DNA of 64,000 nt from Camelus ferus. Taxonomy: Eukaryota. This document shows positions 14,934 through 27,924 of the stretch, piece by piece. A model generated the notes under the pieces. That model did no database searches. It was not told the DNA's origin and saw only the letters and a program-made list of their open reading frames with translations. Where the stretch lies: the NCBI RefSeq assembly GCF_009834535.1, contig NC_045729.1:18600001-18664000 (forward strand), written 5' to 3'. The first letter of the stretch is position 1, and every line of letters begins with the position of its first letter. The position numbers were made by a program, and so were the translations under genes.

Positions 14934-16540
14934 AAGAAACCTGGGTTGAAGGGCTAGATCTTCTTGTTATTAGCTGCATGACTCTCCCCAAGTTACCTGA
15001 CCTAACCCAACTCCAACTCCCCAGAGAACAGCCGGGGAAAGGGTTATCTACCCCACAGGTGGTTGTCCTGCTAAAGGAAACAACACATGTAAAAGGCAGG
15101 CTCGCAGTCGGGGCTCTACATCAGGCAAACATTATCTGACACCCTCTCCTTGTGGACCGCCTGATGAAGAGGTAAATGGGGTGAGATTGAGCCAGAGGGC
15201 CTGCTCAAAGTGGAGTCTGTTCCCGGGTCCCGTCTAAGACCGTCCCATCCCACTGGGGCAAGAGAAGCATCTTAGTTGAGTTTTTGATCACTAGGCACAG
15301 ACGTGCACATGCTTTGGAGTCCTGTTTTGCAGTCATTGCTGTAAAGATCAGAGCCAAAGCAATCTCAGACGCCGCCATGCAACGGACAGGGTGATGCACT
15401 GGTTGGCTGGTTCCATCAGAACATTTCCCCTGAAAGGTTACTTCCACACATCGGTGCCCTGAAACCCATTCTGCACCATCTTCTGAAAAACCACACGACA
15501 CCTGAGCTTTTCTGGGAAAACTAAACAATGCCCTGTACTCGGGGGTAAACAGACAAAATAGAACCAAACACCACGTATGTCCCGAATCTGAGTGTCATGC
15601 CAAATGAATGTGGGCGGGAGGCTCCTAGGTGGCAAAGGACATGCAGGTCACCGGCTGGACTCCACGTCTTCACAGTGGATGTGCTGGTGACGGCGGGCCC
15701 ATCAGCAGTGTCTGAGGACCGTGTGCTCTCCATGCGTGCTGTTTAACCAAAGCTTAATCAGATAAGGCCCCTCTGCAAGGAGTCACTTGGCCAATGTACG
15801 TTGTCCCTGATCACTCCCGGCTTGTGTGGCCCTGCTGCTGACTGCACAAGCCCTTCCCTGGGAAGGAAGAGGGGGGAAGGGCTAGCCTCCACCAACAGGC
15901 TTGGAAGGGGAGGGGGGTGACCAAGCTCTGCTCCTCGGGGGCTCCTTAGACCCAAGGGCAGAAACTCAAGCGAGAGCAGGACCCAGGATGCATCAGGAGC
16001 ATCCACAAGGGGATGGAGCACAGGATTTTGGAAAATGCAAACAGAGTGCCTGACTTACTTCTTGTCCTAGAAAAGGACGGGCAGATATATGCCTGATTCA
16101 CCTGCCTCATCGTTTGCGTGCAAAGCCTGCTGTCTTATTTTCGTCAACGTTTTCAAGTGTTTTAATGGTCTCCCTTCTTCCTCTTTGCACCTCCCTTGAA
16201 AGCTCTCCCCTAATGACTGCACATGCCTACAGGGCTAGGAGTTGATTCCTCCTCCTGACGTCCAGGAGAATGTCTTCTCCTGCCTCTGGAGCCCCACGAT
16301 CCCCACCCTGGGTGCCTAGGACAAGGCTCCCCCATGATGGTTCTATGGACAGGACTCCAGTAGGACTGCAGGAGGCAGAGGTGGTCGAGAACCTACAGCC
16401 CAGTCCGACAGGCAGGGATGTACAGAACATTCCTTGGGTGTCCCCCCTCCGCAGAGTAAGTGAATGCCGTCCCTGTTCTCCATACTAACCCTCCTAACCA
16501 TTAGCTGCTACAGCCTGATCAATGTGGGTATAACAGAGGG

Positions 16541-16584
<44 letters not shown>

Positions 16585-16617
16585 CAGATAAGATTAGATT
16601 AGACTAGACAGACAGAC
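16541..16617 (+). repeat. (TAGA)11 microsatellite with a degenerate CAGA/TTAGA tail
   Basis: Perfect TAGA units 16541-16584, imperfect units to 16617. Confidence 0.97.
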
Positions 16618-19600
16618 CAATCATAGATACAGTGGGTCACAGAATAGAAACAAATCACAGTTTTTGTCTACAAAAAGGCAGAAGGAATCAATTAACCCCA
16701 CAAAATGCTGAACAGTCTGGACCTCCTTCTGCATCACCCTTCTGCATCCAAACATTTCTCGGGGCAGACGAGGTCCCCACCTGGCTTGGTGAGTAGATGG
16801 GCCCTTTGTGAAAGGAAGAAGGCACACCTCCCTTCAGTTCAGCTGTGGCCTGGATCTCAGACCCCTTTCCTTCCCTTGGGCAGGTGCTGTTGTGCAGTGC
16901 TCAACCTTTACAACCGTACACTGGAGGCCTGGAGGCAGACAATTTAGTCTCTCATTCCATCTGACAACTAACTTGCATCAAATAGTTCCTCCCCTCTGGG
17001 CCCTCAGTTTCCTCATTGGGGCAAAAAAAAAGGAGAGAGATTGAACCTAAAAGTCCCTAAGATCCTTTGAGCTCCAACATGCTTTGAGTCCCCAAATCTG
17101 CACTGAGTCTGTGTCAGGCATTCTGCAAAGTTGGCCGGTGGAGACGGCAGACTTCATGAGGAAGCAGTGCCTTCATGTCCAGTTTGATGCTAATTTGCAG
17201 CAATTCCTCTGTCCTGATTTTCAAAAAAGAGGCAACTTTGTTTCTATGAATCAGCAGGGACATTCTTGCTGTTTCCAATGGTCACCATTAGCAACCACTG
17301 ATGCTCCCAGATGCAAGTTCCCAGTCTGCAAAATGCTTCCTCCTGTGGTGGGGTTGATGGCAACTCAGTGACGGCCCCGGGGTGATCCTAGGGCCTGTAT
17401 GTCCACACACAGCTACAGGCAGACTGTCCCCACGTCAAACCGCTTCCAGGGATCTTAGCCACTGATCGATGTTAAGGCTGCAGCACCTCCCAGCCTGAAC
17501 CCTACTCACTCAGACTGTGGCATCTCTCAAGGTGGCGCTGAGTTCACTCTCTGGAGCTCTGTTTTTATTGCATAAGGATGATGACATTGTGTTCAGCTCA
17601 CTGCGACAGGACCCTGGCTTGTGAACTTCAGGAGAATTAATCGTAAGTACATGCCCTACACTTGAAACTGGGAGACCTTCTCCAGTCACTGTGAGCTCGC
17701 AAATGAGACACCCGGATTCAGTGGTGGGGGGGCTGTTTTCAGTGGGACCTTTTTTCTTTTTGTCTTGAGTGGTTATTATGGAAATAGAGTCATTCTGATT
17801 CGCGGTGATTTGTTTGACCTTTTTTTTTTAATGAATCAGCTCAGCCCCATCTGCCCTGGGCCTCTAGTGTGTCCATCGGAGTCAGCTGAGTCCACAGAGC
17901 CCAGTTCATGGCCTCCCCGTTTCAGATGCCCCCCACCCCGGTCCCCAGAGCAGACCCTGTCCCACAGAGGGGTGGGCATGGGGGTTGTGAGTGTGGCCAC
18001 AGGGAGCACGTTCCAAGACTGGAGCCGCCCGATGCCAACCCCGCCTGGGTCACAGCAAAGCCACGTGACCCCACACACCCCTCCCCGGCCCCCCACCAGC
18101 CTCCAACCTCCTTCTCTCAGTTGTCTCCTTTAGCTTCCTAGCCCCAGGGTCTGGCAGAGCACCGGACTCCTCACAAACATTCAAAACTCCTTACCGAATG
18201 AATGGCTGGATGAATGAGCAGTTTTGGAAAGAGGGTATTGGGTTCAGAGACAAAGTGTCTTCAAACTAGTCCTAATTATGAGAGTGAAACCTCGCCGGAG
18301 TCTGAACAGAAGCAGGCAGGGTGAGTTCACAGACCTCAGCTTGGTCATCTTCACGGAACTGGTGTGGCTGGTCCTACTGTTCCTTTTGTCTAATGAGAGA
18401 GGTGGAGCTTGAGAAGTCGACGCGTGCAGCCGGAATCTAGACCTGCTGTGCAACCGGGCACGTCACCCACCTCCCTGACACTCCTGTCCTTCGCCTGCCA
18501 ACGGATATCATCATGGCTCGATTACCCGCGGGATGGCCGCGGACACCAGGCAATGGCTTGGGGTGATGCAAGGAAAGCAATCAGACAAGGCCAGGGAAAA
18601 GCCATCCTCTGTCCAACAGCTGGCAGGCTGGTTGGCTGGACGAGGAGAGGTTGCGCCACCATGAAGAGCTCAGGGCGGTGGGGGGCGGGCAGGGTCCACA
18701 GCTCATCGACCTCCCTGATGCCAGCCCCGCCTCGCTCCCGGCCCTGGTCTTCTTCGGGGTCCAGGGGCACGGATAAACCTCCCTTGGGAGCTCAGACCCA
18801 GCCCATTCCTGAGCCAGTGCTGATGGGACAGACAGGACAGCAACACCTTTATCCTCACTATCTGGTGGGACTTAGACTGCATCCTACAGCAAACAGACCC
18901 CGTCACTGGAGAGGCATGGACGAGCCCAGGGCACTGCACATCCCTGATGCAGCAGGTTCCTCGTCTCTTCCCACATCCCCTGCTCACCCAAGAACGTGGG
19001 CTTGAACTTCTGCCTGATCCCCAGCACTTCCTGCCCGGCTCCCTTGAGGGCTTAGCTGGTGCTCTAAAGTCCTGCCAGCTCTGGCCAGAGCCCCTCCCTG
19101 GCCAGAGCCCCTTCTTGGCATGTCTCCTCCTTTAGACACTGGCTTGAATAACACTCAGCTAATCAACACCCATCCCAGGACTTGTCCCCACCCCAAGTCA
19201 TCACCCATCCCTGGACCATCACACGGTCCAGCAGGGCACATACCCAGCACATTGGCCACAGGCAGATGATGGTGTGGGCTTGGCCAAGGGGGCGGGGATT
19301 AAGAAGAATGGTACTGGGCAGAGTGGCTGAAACCACCGAGCGTGCAGAAGGCAAGGCTCAGGGATTCAGAACACCCTTCCAGGGCTCATTCCCACTCACT
19401 GGCATAGCAGAAGCTGGCATAGGACAGGCAGAAAGGGTCTCCCAGCTCAGGAAACTTGAGGGGCACCTCTCTGTGTTAAACCCTTTCCCCCACTCTCAGC
19501 ACGCTGGTTCCTGCTCCGAACAGGTTCCTCGCCTCAGGGCTGTGCTGTTACGTGTCTAACAACCGGCTCCCGGAGGGGAAAAGCCCAATCTGTAGCAGTG

Positions 19601-20284
19601 TGAGTCAGCCCCAGCCCACCCTGGCAACCACCCCATCCAGAGGGGACCCCCAGTTCTCTCAAGTTCTCTGTCCTGTTTTTCCAAAGTGCTGTCACCATCT
19701 GGAATTCTACAGTGATGCTGTTTGTCCACTGGCTTTTGTGTCTGTCCCCTCCCTGAGGCTGTGAGCACCACAAGAGCACGACCTTGTCTGGCAAGTTCTC
19801 CGCTGACTCCCAGTCGCCCGGGACAGGGCCTCGGGGGTGGCTGACAGCACCTGTAGGACTGTGTGCATGGCACCCAGTCCTGAGCTTATTCAGGGACCAC
19901 GTCTCAAGCGGTGAGGAGAGGAGGAAGCGTTGTCAGGAGCTGCTGGTACAGGTTCCTTAAAAACAATTTTATCCAGTTAATCTCGGCCCTTGTTTTGACA
20001 GGTTTTTAGTCAAGTTAATGATCAAAACAATAACAGCAACTGCTGACATCGCGCACCATGCGCTGTGCGCTGTCCTGCTGCCGACAGGGAGGCACTGGCG
20101 GACACTTAACAACCCGCTGTCCAGGAAGGAAGCCCTGATTTGTAGCATTTGCTGATTTCTCCGTGTAAATACTCCCACTGTGGCCAATTTCAAGCCGCCA
20201 AAGCGCCTGCATCCATTCCACGGATTTACCGAAAATTTAACAAGGGGCCGCAGCTCACCATGGTTTTCCAGACGGTCACTCTGT

Positions 20285-20400
20285 CTTGCTCATAATGACC
20301 TTCTGCAGTCTGTGCCACTATTATCCCCATTTCACAGAGCAGGAAATGGAGGCACAAAAGGTCAGCTGTCCCAGTTGGCAAGTTCATCTAGCAGAACTGG
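20285..20400 (-). mobile_element. MIR core fragment
   Basis: ctattatccccatttcacagagcaggaaatggaggcacaaaag. Confidence 0.75.
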
Positions 20401-22999
20401 GTGTGCGGTCCCACGCAGGCACCCGACGAGGCGTCACCTCCACGGCCTCCCAGCGGGGAGGGGGCCGGTCATCACGTGGATTCACAGCTGCTCCCTGCCT
20501 GTAGACACAGCTGGACGAGGCCAGCCCGCAGGAGGGTCCCCACACCCCCAGGGCTCCTATCAGAACGCAGGTGACACCGCGCAGGGGACAATGACCCCAG
20601 GGAGTCCTAGCCACCTGTAAGGAAGGATGGAATCTAACAACATGAGGTTGGATGTGAATGAAAATTCACGACATCCACGGGCCCAGCACAGGTTAGGAGC
20701 CACGTGTGGCTTGGCAGCCATGTGTGGCTCAGATTCTCCACAACCGTTGTGGGGCCTGGAGCCTCACTGGAGCAGGGCAGCCTCTGGGCCCTTCCGGTCA
20801 CCCTGCTGGGTCCTCTGCGAGAGGGACGCCGAAGCAGGACCAAGGAGAAGGGGGCCGAAACCACAGCACAGGGTGAAGGGACTGGGATGGGCAGCCTGGA
20901 GATGGGGGAGACAGGCCACCTGGTGAGGGGGAGCCCCCCACCGCAGTCCCGCAGGGAGGACACAGAGCGCTGGTTAGGACTGCGGGGAGGCAGCTTCCTC
21001 CTCAGGGGCAGGACGTGCTCTCACAGCCCTGGGGTGGGGGTAGGGGGAGTCCATCAGGGGAACCGTCCCAGGACTAGGCGATTCCTCCAAGCCCAGAGGG
21101 GTGCCGCAAGAACAGAGAAGTCAAGTATCATCTATAAAAGCCTTGGAGCATGCGGCCAGGAGTGAGCAGAGTGCAGAACACGAAGCCGGAAGGACCTACA
21201 GTGACGGGTTGGTGGGTACCCATCACCCACGAGGTCCGTGCGAGGCCCTCGAGTGCATTGCCGCTAAGCCCCCGGCAACCCTGCAAGCTGCGCCCGGACG
21301 CAGCCCCCCGAAGCGGGAGCTCAGGGACGGCAGTCACCCGACAGCCCTGCCTGCTCCTCCCCGCGCATCGTGCTGCGCCCAGGACCCTCCGTCTGCGACA
21401 CCCAGGCTTGAGGACATGCCCAGGCAGAGGAAGAGAGACGAGGGGTCAGTTCTCTCCTTGAGTTTCCTGAGAAGTAAATCAAGTGGATTACAATATTTTT
21501 TTCTAGAACGGAAAAACCTATATGACTCCCTGAGTTGCTCTGTCAGCCTTCACAAGGGAACCTACCTTTCTAAGCACCCGCGGCCCACCAGTTTCCTGGG
21601 CAGGGAAGGGGAGGGGACGGGAGACTGCCGGGGTGGCCGTCAGAGAGGAGCCCGAGCACGTGCGCGGGCCAAGCGGGCGGCAGGAGCCCTGCGGCTGCGC
21701 CAAGGCCGCGGGTGGCCGCGTGGAGGAGGGGAGGGAGGGAGGCTGACTGGTTCCGGGGAGCAGGTATCCTATGTCCCGGGTTGCTATTCATGTCCCTACA
21801 CCTACACTCCCAAGACCCACACAGTTGGCTGTCGCAGCCTTTCAGAAGCATTTCCGTGGGAGCCAAGCTGTCCTCTTTCCAGTGCACCAGCCGAGGCAGG
21901 GCCTGGGCGCCGGCCGCTCCCCGACCTGTTGCTCCCCCTGGAGAGGAAGAAATGGAGAGGCTTTGCCTTGACAAGGCCCCGCCTCCTGCCTGGAGTCCCC
22001 CCTGGGTCTGGAGTGTGTGAGGGGCAGGAAAGGCTCTGAGTTGCTGGAGAGGCTATTCACCTGGGGACAGTGGTTGATCCCTCCGGGGCCTTCACCTCCA
22101 CAGCATGGAACCCAGTGTGAGCCGTCAAAATACAGAGCACAGGACAATTCCATCTGGAAGCCACGAGGTGGGCTGAGCAAACCAGACGCCCAGCTGCCTG
22201 GGGCGGGGGCTGCGGGGCCCGCGACAGGCCAGGTGGGGTCTGAGGCTGGAGAGCACAAGCGGTGAGCAGGGCGTCCCCGTGGAGGGGGGCCTGGGCGGGA
22301 AGGTGAAGGCCAAGGTCGGGAAGGCCTGTGTTCAGGGGCAGGCTGGCTCCGCCCACCGGAGCCTGAGCCCAGAGAGGAGGTGCCCCTGTTGGGGGCTGCC
22401 CAGCACCGGGGTCAGAGCCCAGCACGAGCGGCAGGTTGCGTGGGCCAGAGGTGGTGACGGCGGGCAACTTCACCTACAGGGACTGATCCAACATGTACAC
22501 ATATTAAGAATGGGCGCCAGGGTGTCACTGTCAGAGAAAGGAGTCACAAAGAAAAGGGGTGAAAGATGAAAGCAGGCCCCGAGACGCTGAATTAGACGCG
22601 GGGGCGTCACGTGAACACCTCCTTGATGTTGTGCATAGATGGACGCGGAAACACACTCTGTAAGTGTGCGTCCACACACCTGACGCTCACACGCGAGTTC
22701 TTCCCACTGAGACAGCCCGGGGGCCCTAACACCCTAAAATCTATGAGCACACCTAGCCCCACATCCACTAAGTGGACCCAAGATTCCTTGGAGAAGCCGC
22801 TGGACCAAGAACAGAGACGTGGAAAGTGCGAGATGAGCCTGGAACATCTTGTCAGAAAATGAGACTGTGAAGGAAGCCGTGGAAAGGACACAGAAGGCAG
22901 CGAAGATGCTCCGGGTTTTCTTTTCCCATCTTTCGTGGGCAAGTCCAGAGGCCCTCGCTCAGCCCCTTCTGCCCGGGACAAGGGCTTTCCTGAGGACAG

Positions 23000-23091
23000 T
23001 GCAGAGCGATCTGGCCCCCTTGTGAGCCAGCAGGGCTGGACCCCGTGCAGAGAGATCTGCCCCCTTTGTGAGCCAGCAGGGCTGGACCCCG
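23000..23091 (+). repeat. 2 x 46-bp tandem duplication
   Basis: tgcagagcgatctggcccccttgtgagccagcagggctggaccccg followed by tgcagagagatctgccccctttgtgagccagcagggctggaccccg. Confidence 0.92.
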
Positions 23092-23689
23092 AGATGGAGG
23101 TCAGGGCACCTGGGCCACGGCTCCCCTACGCAGGCTGGAAGGAGGCCTGGACTCGGCTCCCGGCCCCGTCCGCCACCGCCCCCCTCACTTCCCTGCTTCC
23201 TCCTCACCCAGCGGAGACGCCATGGGCCTCACTGTCACCAGCTGCTGGCTCCTCCTTCCCTCCTCTGGGTCCCCAGCAACGCCCAGATCCAGGCGGCCCC
23301 CCTCTCCGCTCCCACCCAAGCTGCTAAGCATGGCCAGAAACAGTCACCCACCAGGGAGGACTGGCCTGCAGATCCGTGTCTGCTCACCTCCAACGGGCAC
23401 TGACCTCCCCCCACGGTCCGCACCAGCCCTCCCTCCCTCGGTAAGGCCATCCCGCCAATTCTCCTCCCCCTTCAAAACACTTACACCCTCCCTTCCCGTC
23501 CCCTCTGCCAGTGATGGTCTCCCTCGTCACTGAGAAACTGGAAGCAGCAGATTGGGGGCTTCCTGCCACCATCCGACCCGCTCTCCCACGTCCCCTCTGC
23601 TGCTGCGGTTAGCCTGTCCCTTCTGCAAGGAAGAAGGCCCACCCCTCCGCCGGGCTCTGGGTCCCACCCCGCTTACCTCTTCAAGGGCC

Positions 23690-24340
23690 CCACTTCTGAG
23701 TTTACTTTCCCCCCAGTCTGCCAGGTTTCTGTCTCTGCTGGACAGCTGGATCACACACACGTTTTCGTATCTCCCAACCTTAAGAAACACCTCCCTTCCT
23801 TGGCCTCACGCCCCCTGTAGCTACAGTTCGGTTCTCTGTTCCCCGTCACAGCAGGAAGTTGTTCACAGCCTCACTCAGTCTCTCCTTAACCTGCTTTACC
23901 TGGAAGCGGTCCCCTCCCCTCCATCGAGTCTGCTCTTGTTAAGAACAGCAACACCCTCAGCCTACACCGGAATTCAGAGGTCAGAGGTCACGTCTTTGCT
24001 CTCACCTCACTGGATCCCTTAGCGGCCTCCTCCTTCACTCCTCTGTCCCGAATGTCCGTCAGCATCTCTACCGAATATATGTGAAAATGTCTCCTCTGCC
24101 TCTTGCTGGCCCCTTCCCTCAGCTTGACCCTCGAATGCTGGAATGCCCTAGGGCCCATTTCTCTCCCCTCGTCATCCCTGAGTGACCTCGTCCTGTGGCT
24201 CTAAACAACGTCAGTATGCAGCGCACACTCCAGCTCTCCCTGGAACGCCGGCCCCAGCCTCGTGTCCAGGCCTCACTCCTCACATCCACCTGCATCTCCC
24301 CTGGGCTCCCAGACCTAGCCTCCCTCCCTCCCGTCAGCCC
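23690..24340 (+). mobile_element. L2 LINE fragment
   Basis: Pyrimidine-rich L2 body (cttggcctcacg...ctcgaatgctggaatgccctagggccc...ctgtggctctaaacaac); boundaries approximate. Confidence 0.6.
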
Positions 24341-24765
24341 AGGAGAGCTCCACCACGCACCCCGTTACCAGCCCTGCGTCTGTGTGGTCCTCCCTCACCC
24401 CTGCGGCCCGGCAGCGCGGCCTCTCGCCTCCGTTGCCGGCACAGCCCACGTGGTCACTCCTCGCCGCCTCCGCTCACGCTGCAGCACCTCTCCCTGGAGC
24501 CTCTGACTGCCTCTGCCCCCACTCTGGGTACACGCCACCTGCTCCAACCCGTCCTCCCCTGAGAAGCCTCCTCCCCAACTTAGCACCCTCCAAAATAGGA
24601 AAATCCCCAACCTCGTTTCCTAGTTCACAGACACTGCGTGATCCGCCCACCCTCCCCTGCCCTGCTCAGCCCAGGGCCTGAGGACTAAACCTCACCCCGC
24701 CGACTGATGGACGGTACAGGTGTTCTCCTGATCAGAGACCCCTGTTGGGGTGAGCGTGTTCAAGA

Positions 24766-24813
24766 GGGTCCCGGAGGGAGGGGTCCCGGAGGGAGGGGTC
24801 CTGGAGGGAGGGG
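24766..24813 (+). repeat. 3 x 15-bp G-rich minisatellite (gggtcccggagggag)
   Basis: Units start at 24766, 24781 and 24796; one c>t change in the third. Confidence 0.92.
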
Positions 24814-25306
24814 CTGGGAATGCTGCCAATGCCTGGGGAAGGGGTGAGGGGAGGAAGGGAAGGGAACGCCCCACTCTCTTTAAATTCAGACTCCAGCTGA
24901 AAGGAGGCCCTGCTCCCAAGTTAACCTGATTGCCAAGACAGCTCCATCTGCAGAGGGCCTGTGGGCATGGAGGACCACAGAGGCAGCTCCTGGGGTCTGC
25001 CAGGACGCCACCAGGTGGTGATGGGAGAGGTGGGGCTGGGGGCAGTGGAGAGGGACGGGGAGGAGGGAGTTTCCATCTTGCAAAACTAAGAGGTGCCTAC
25101 AGCCAGGGCCGAGCAGAGGGCCAGGGAATGAAGGGTTCAGCCTCAGGCTGGGCTCTCTGCTCGCTGAGCTGGGACACACGTGCCCGTGGCAGCCGTGGCC
25201 TGGGAACATCCGAGCCCCGGGGGCACAGTCCTGCTAACCGGGCCTTGGCTGGCCTCCACCTTCCCGTCAGCCTCCGCCTCCCAGACAAGGAAGGACAAGC
25301 CCCTCA

Positions 25307-25411
<105 letters not shown>

Positions 25412-25652
25412 CTAGAAAGGACAGAGGACAGAGGAGCAGGGCGTCAGAACCACAGCACATCCAGGACCAGTTTCCGGATGGCGGCGCTGAGGCCCAGAGG
25501 GGCGCGGTGGCTCGTCCACAGCCACTCGGCTATTTCGCGGCAGATTCAAAACCGACCCGCAGCCCTCCGGACGCACAGGCCGGTGGCCCCTCCACCACGT
25601 CGGGCCGCCTCTGCCCCAGCACGGAGGGCCTGGCCTCTGAGCGGGGAGGTCC

Positions 25653-25685
25653 GGGAGGAGCTGGGAGGAGCTGGGAGGAGCTGGG
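25653..25685 (+). repeat. 3 x 10-bp repeat (gggaggagct) plus ggg; G-quadruplex consensus
   Basis: Four GGG tracts separated by identical 7-nt loops. Confidence 0.9.
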
Positions 25686-27924
25686 CAGACTCACTCTCCT
25701 GGTGCAGCCACCGCCCTCCCAGGAGAGGATGCGGGAGGCAGGGCCACGGCCAGAGTGGCTGTGGGTCCCCCTGACGTTGTCCGCGGCCCTCCCACCCCCA
25801 GGCCTCCCTGGTTGAACAAGACCCTTGGGAAAATGCCGAGTCACGGCCTCTGGCGTCTTAAGATCCCTCCGCGCCCCACAGGTGTTAACTCGCTCCTTCC
25901 GCAGCTTCCACATTTAAAAGAATCGATTCTTTTTCGTCTAGAAGCCTTTCCAGTTTCCCCAAGTCACCTAAGCAAAGGGCCCAGGTGTTTAAGAAATTAA
26001 TCGACCACCCGCTGAGAGCAGGCCCTCGTGGGAACAGCAGGAATCAAGGCCCAGCCTGGGGGCTGGGGACCTGGGCCAGGCAGGGAGGCTGGGGCGCCCA
26101 GAGCAGAGCGGCAGCTGCGAGGACCTGTGGTCGCCTCCCCAGCTGCCCCCCCAGAGGCCGGCTGTACTCGGGCCCTGGGCCCCCTCTTCCCACTCCGGGG
26201 CCCCCGACTGCCCAGGGCCTTGGGGAGAGTATTTGCGTCGGGGCACAGTGGGCAGGGTGGGCACGGTGGGGGAGGGGGCCCCCGGCAAAGCTTCGGGTGG
26301 GCGAGGGCGCCCATGGGGTCGGGAAGGGGCCACTCACTGGCTTAAGGAGGCAGATCCCGGCCAGGGCTCAGGTCCCAGGCGGAGGAGCCCTTTCCTGGGC
26401 TACTGGGGCTTGTGGCCTTCGAGCCCACTGTCCAGGGGACTGGGTCTCTCGCCAGGCCTCTCGGCTCCCTGCCACGTCACCCTCCCCCTGCAAGAGGCCG
26501 CTGAGATTGGCGGTGAAGGACCAGGACCCAGAGCCGGGCAGCCTGGATCCTCACCCGGCCACTGCCACTCCCTGAGCTTCCGCGTCCTCCTCAGTCAAGT
26601 CACCGTCCCTGTCTCCCACGGCTGTGGTGAGGGAGCACTGGTGCTCCTGGGAGGAGGGGTGCTGGGCTGCTCCCCCACCCTGCCGTCCTCTCTGTGTGTC
26701 TTTCTGTCCCTTTCTCTCCACTTCTCTTCTCACGTCTGTCCCTCTGTCTCAGTTCCCTGTCCATTTCCTCTGTCTCCCGCCACCCCGTCTCCCTCACTGG
26801 AGAAGAGCTCAGAACAGGAGAAACTGTGCAGTGAGCCCAGCTAACTGGGGCCAAGCTGGTTACAGAAAAGCTGGTACAGCAAAAATTCAGGAGGCAGAAG
26901 AATGGGATGAGTGGCCAGGGCTGGAAGGCGCGAGTGGGGCCTCCTGACAGCTCGTGGCTGGAACCCCCACCACCGGGAAGCGATGACAGGCAGCCTTGCC
27001 TTTCCCTGCTCAGCCCTGGGCTCCCGCGCCCGTGGCCCAGGCTCAGGCCTCAGAGCCACACTGAGAGGGAGGGAGGGCGGGCGCCGGAGTCACAGGAGGG
27101 CTCACGTCCAGCCTGGAGGCTCTGCAAGCGCCTCGGAAGGGGAGTGTGTCCCTTGGCCGGAAGCCCCCATTGCGGGGAGGAGGACCTGGTGAAGGAAGGC
27201 TGGAAGGTGGGGAGGGGTAGTCCTGGTGAAGAAGGCCTTGACCATGGACATCTGCGCTGGCCCCATACCCTCAAAGTGCACCTCAGCTGTCCCGGTCAAG
27301 GCCACACCCGAGGTGCCCTGAGGACAGCCCACGTGTCCCGGAGACCCTCTCCAGCCAAGCGCAGTGTCAGGTCAGGCGCTCAGGCACGGAGCAGGACTGC
27401 CGTCCTGCTGGGGGCCTAGGGCCCAGCACTGAGGTGGGGAGCCATGGGGATATGGAGGGTTCTGATCAGCCAGGATCTGGCAGGGGTGGTCTTAGGACAG
27501 GCTGTAGGACAACCCAGCCAAGTGCACAGAGACTGAAGGCCCACCGAAAGCCCCCACGGGCCTCGGCACTGGGGGCCCTGTGCGCATCCTGTGTTGACCG
27601 CAGTGCGCCGTGAATTTTGATCAGGATCAATCTCCACTTTCCAGCCCCTGAGCCGCTGCATTTTTCAAATGTCAGCCTGCAGCTCAGAGCTCTTCCTTCT
27701 CAGTTTCTCCCCGGCTCCGGACCCTCCCAGCACCCTCCCCTCCTCCCACCCCCCCAGTTGTCAGGCTGCATGCAGCTACACTGTGGGGCCTTCTCTGGAG
27801 GTCAGCCTCCACCACCTCCAGCTGGAGAAGCTGCAGCAGCCGGGTCAGCAGAATTTCAGTCTACCAACTTGCCTTTAAAGAACAGAGGAAGAGTATCTTG
27901 TTGTGTCCCTGGGCTCCAACTGTA

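Noticed and set aside
21101-22039. 312-aa plus-strand ORF, the longest in the track
   Set aside because: P/G/R/A-rich with no recognisable domain, antisense within a GC-rich intron where stops are rare, and no visible splice or promoter support.
22638-22672. Small bulged hairpin (tggacg...cacact...agtgtg...cgtcca) as a possible miRNA or snoRNA
   Set aside because: Too short for a pre-miRNA, with a 5-6 nt bulge and no C/D or H/ACA boxes; expected by chance.
25005-25022. CTCF-like motif gccaccaggtggtg
   Set aside because: Each orientation mismatches a high-information position; cannot be supported without ChIP or conservation data.
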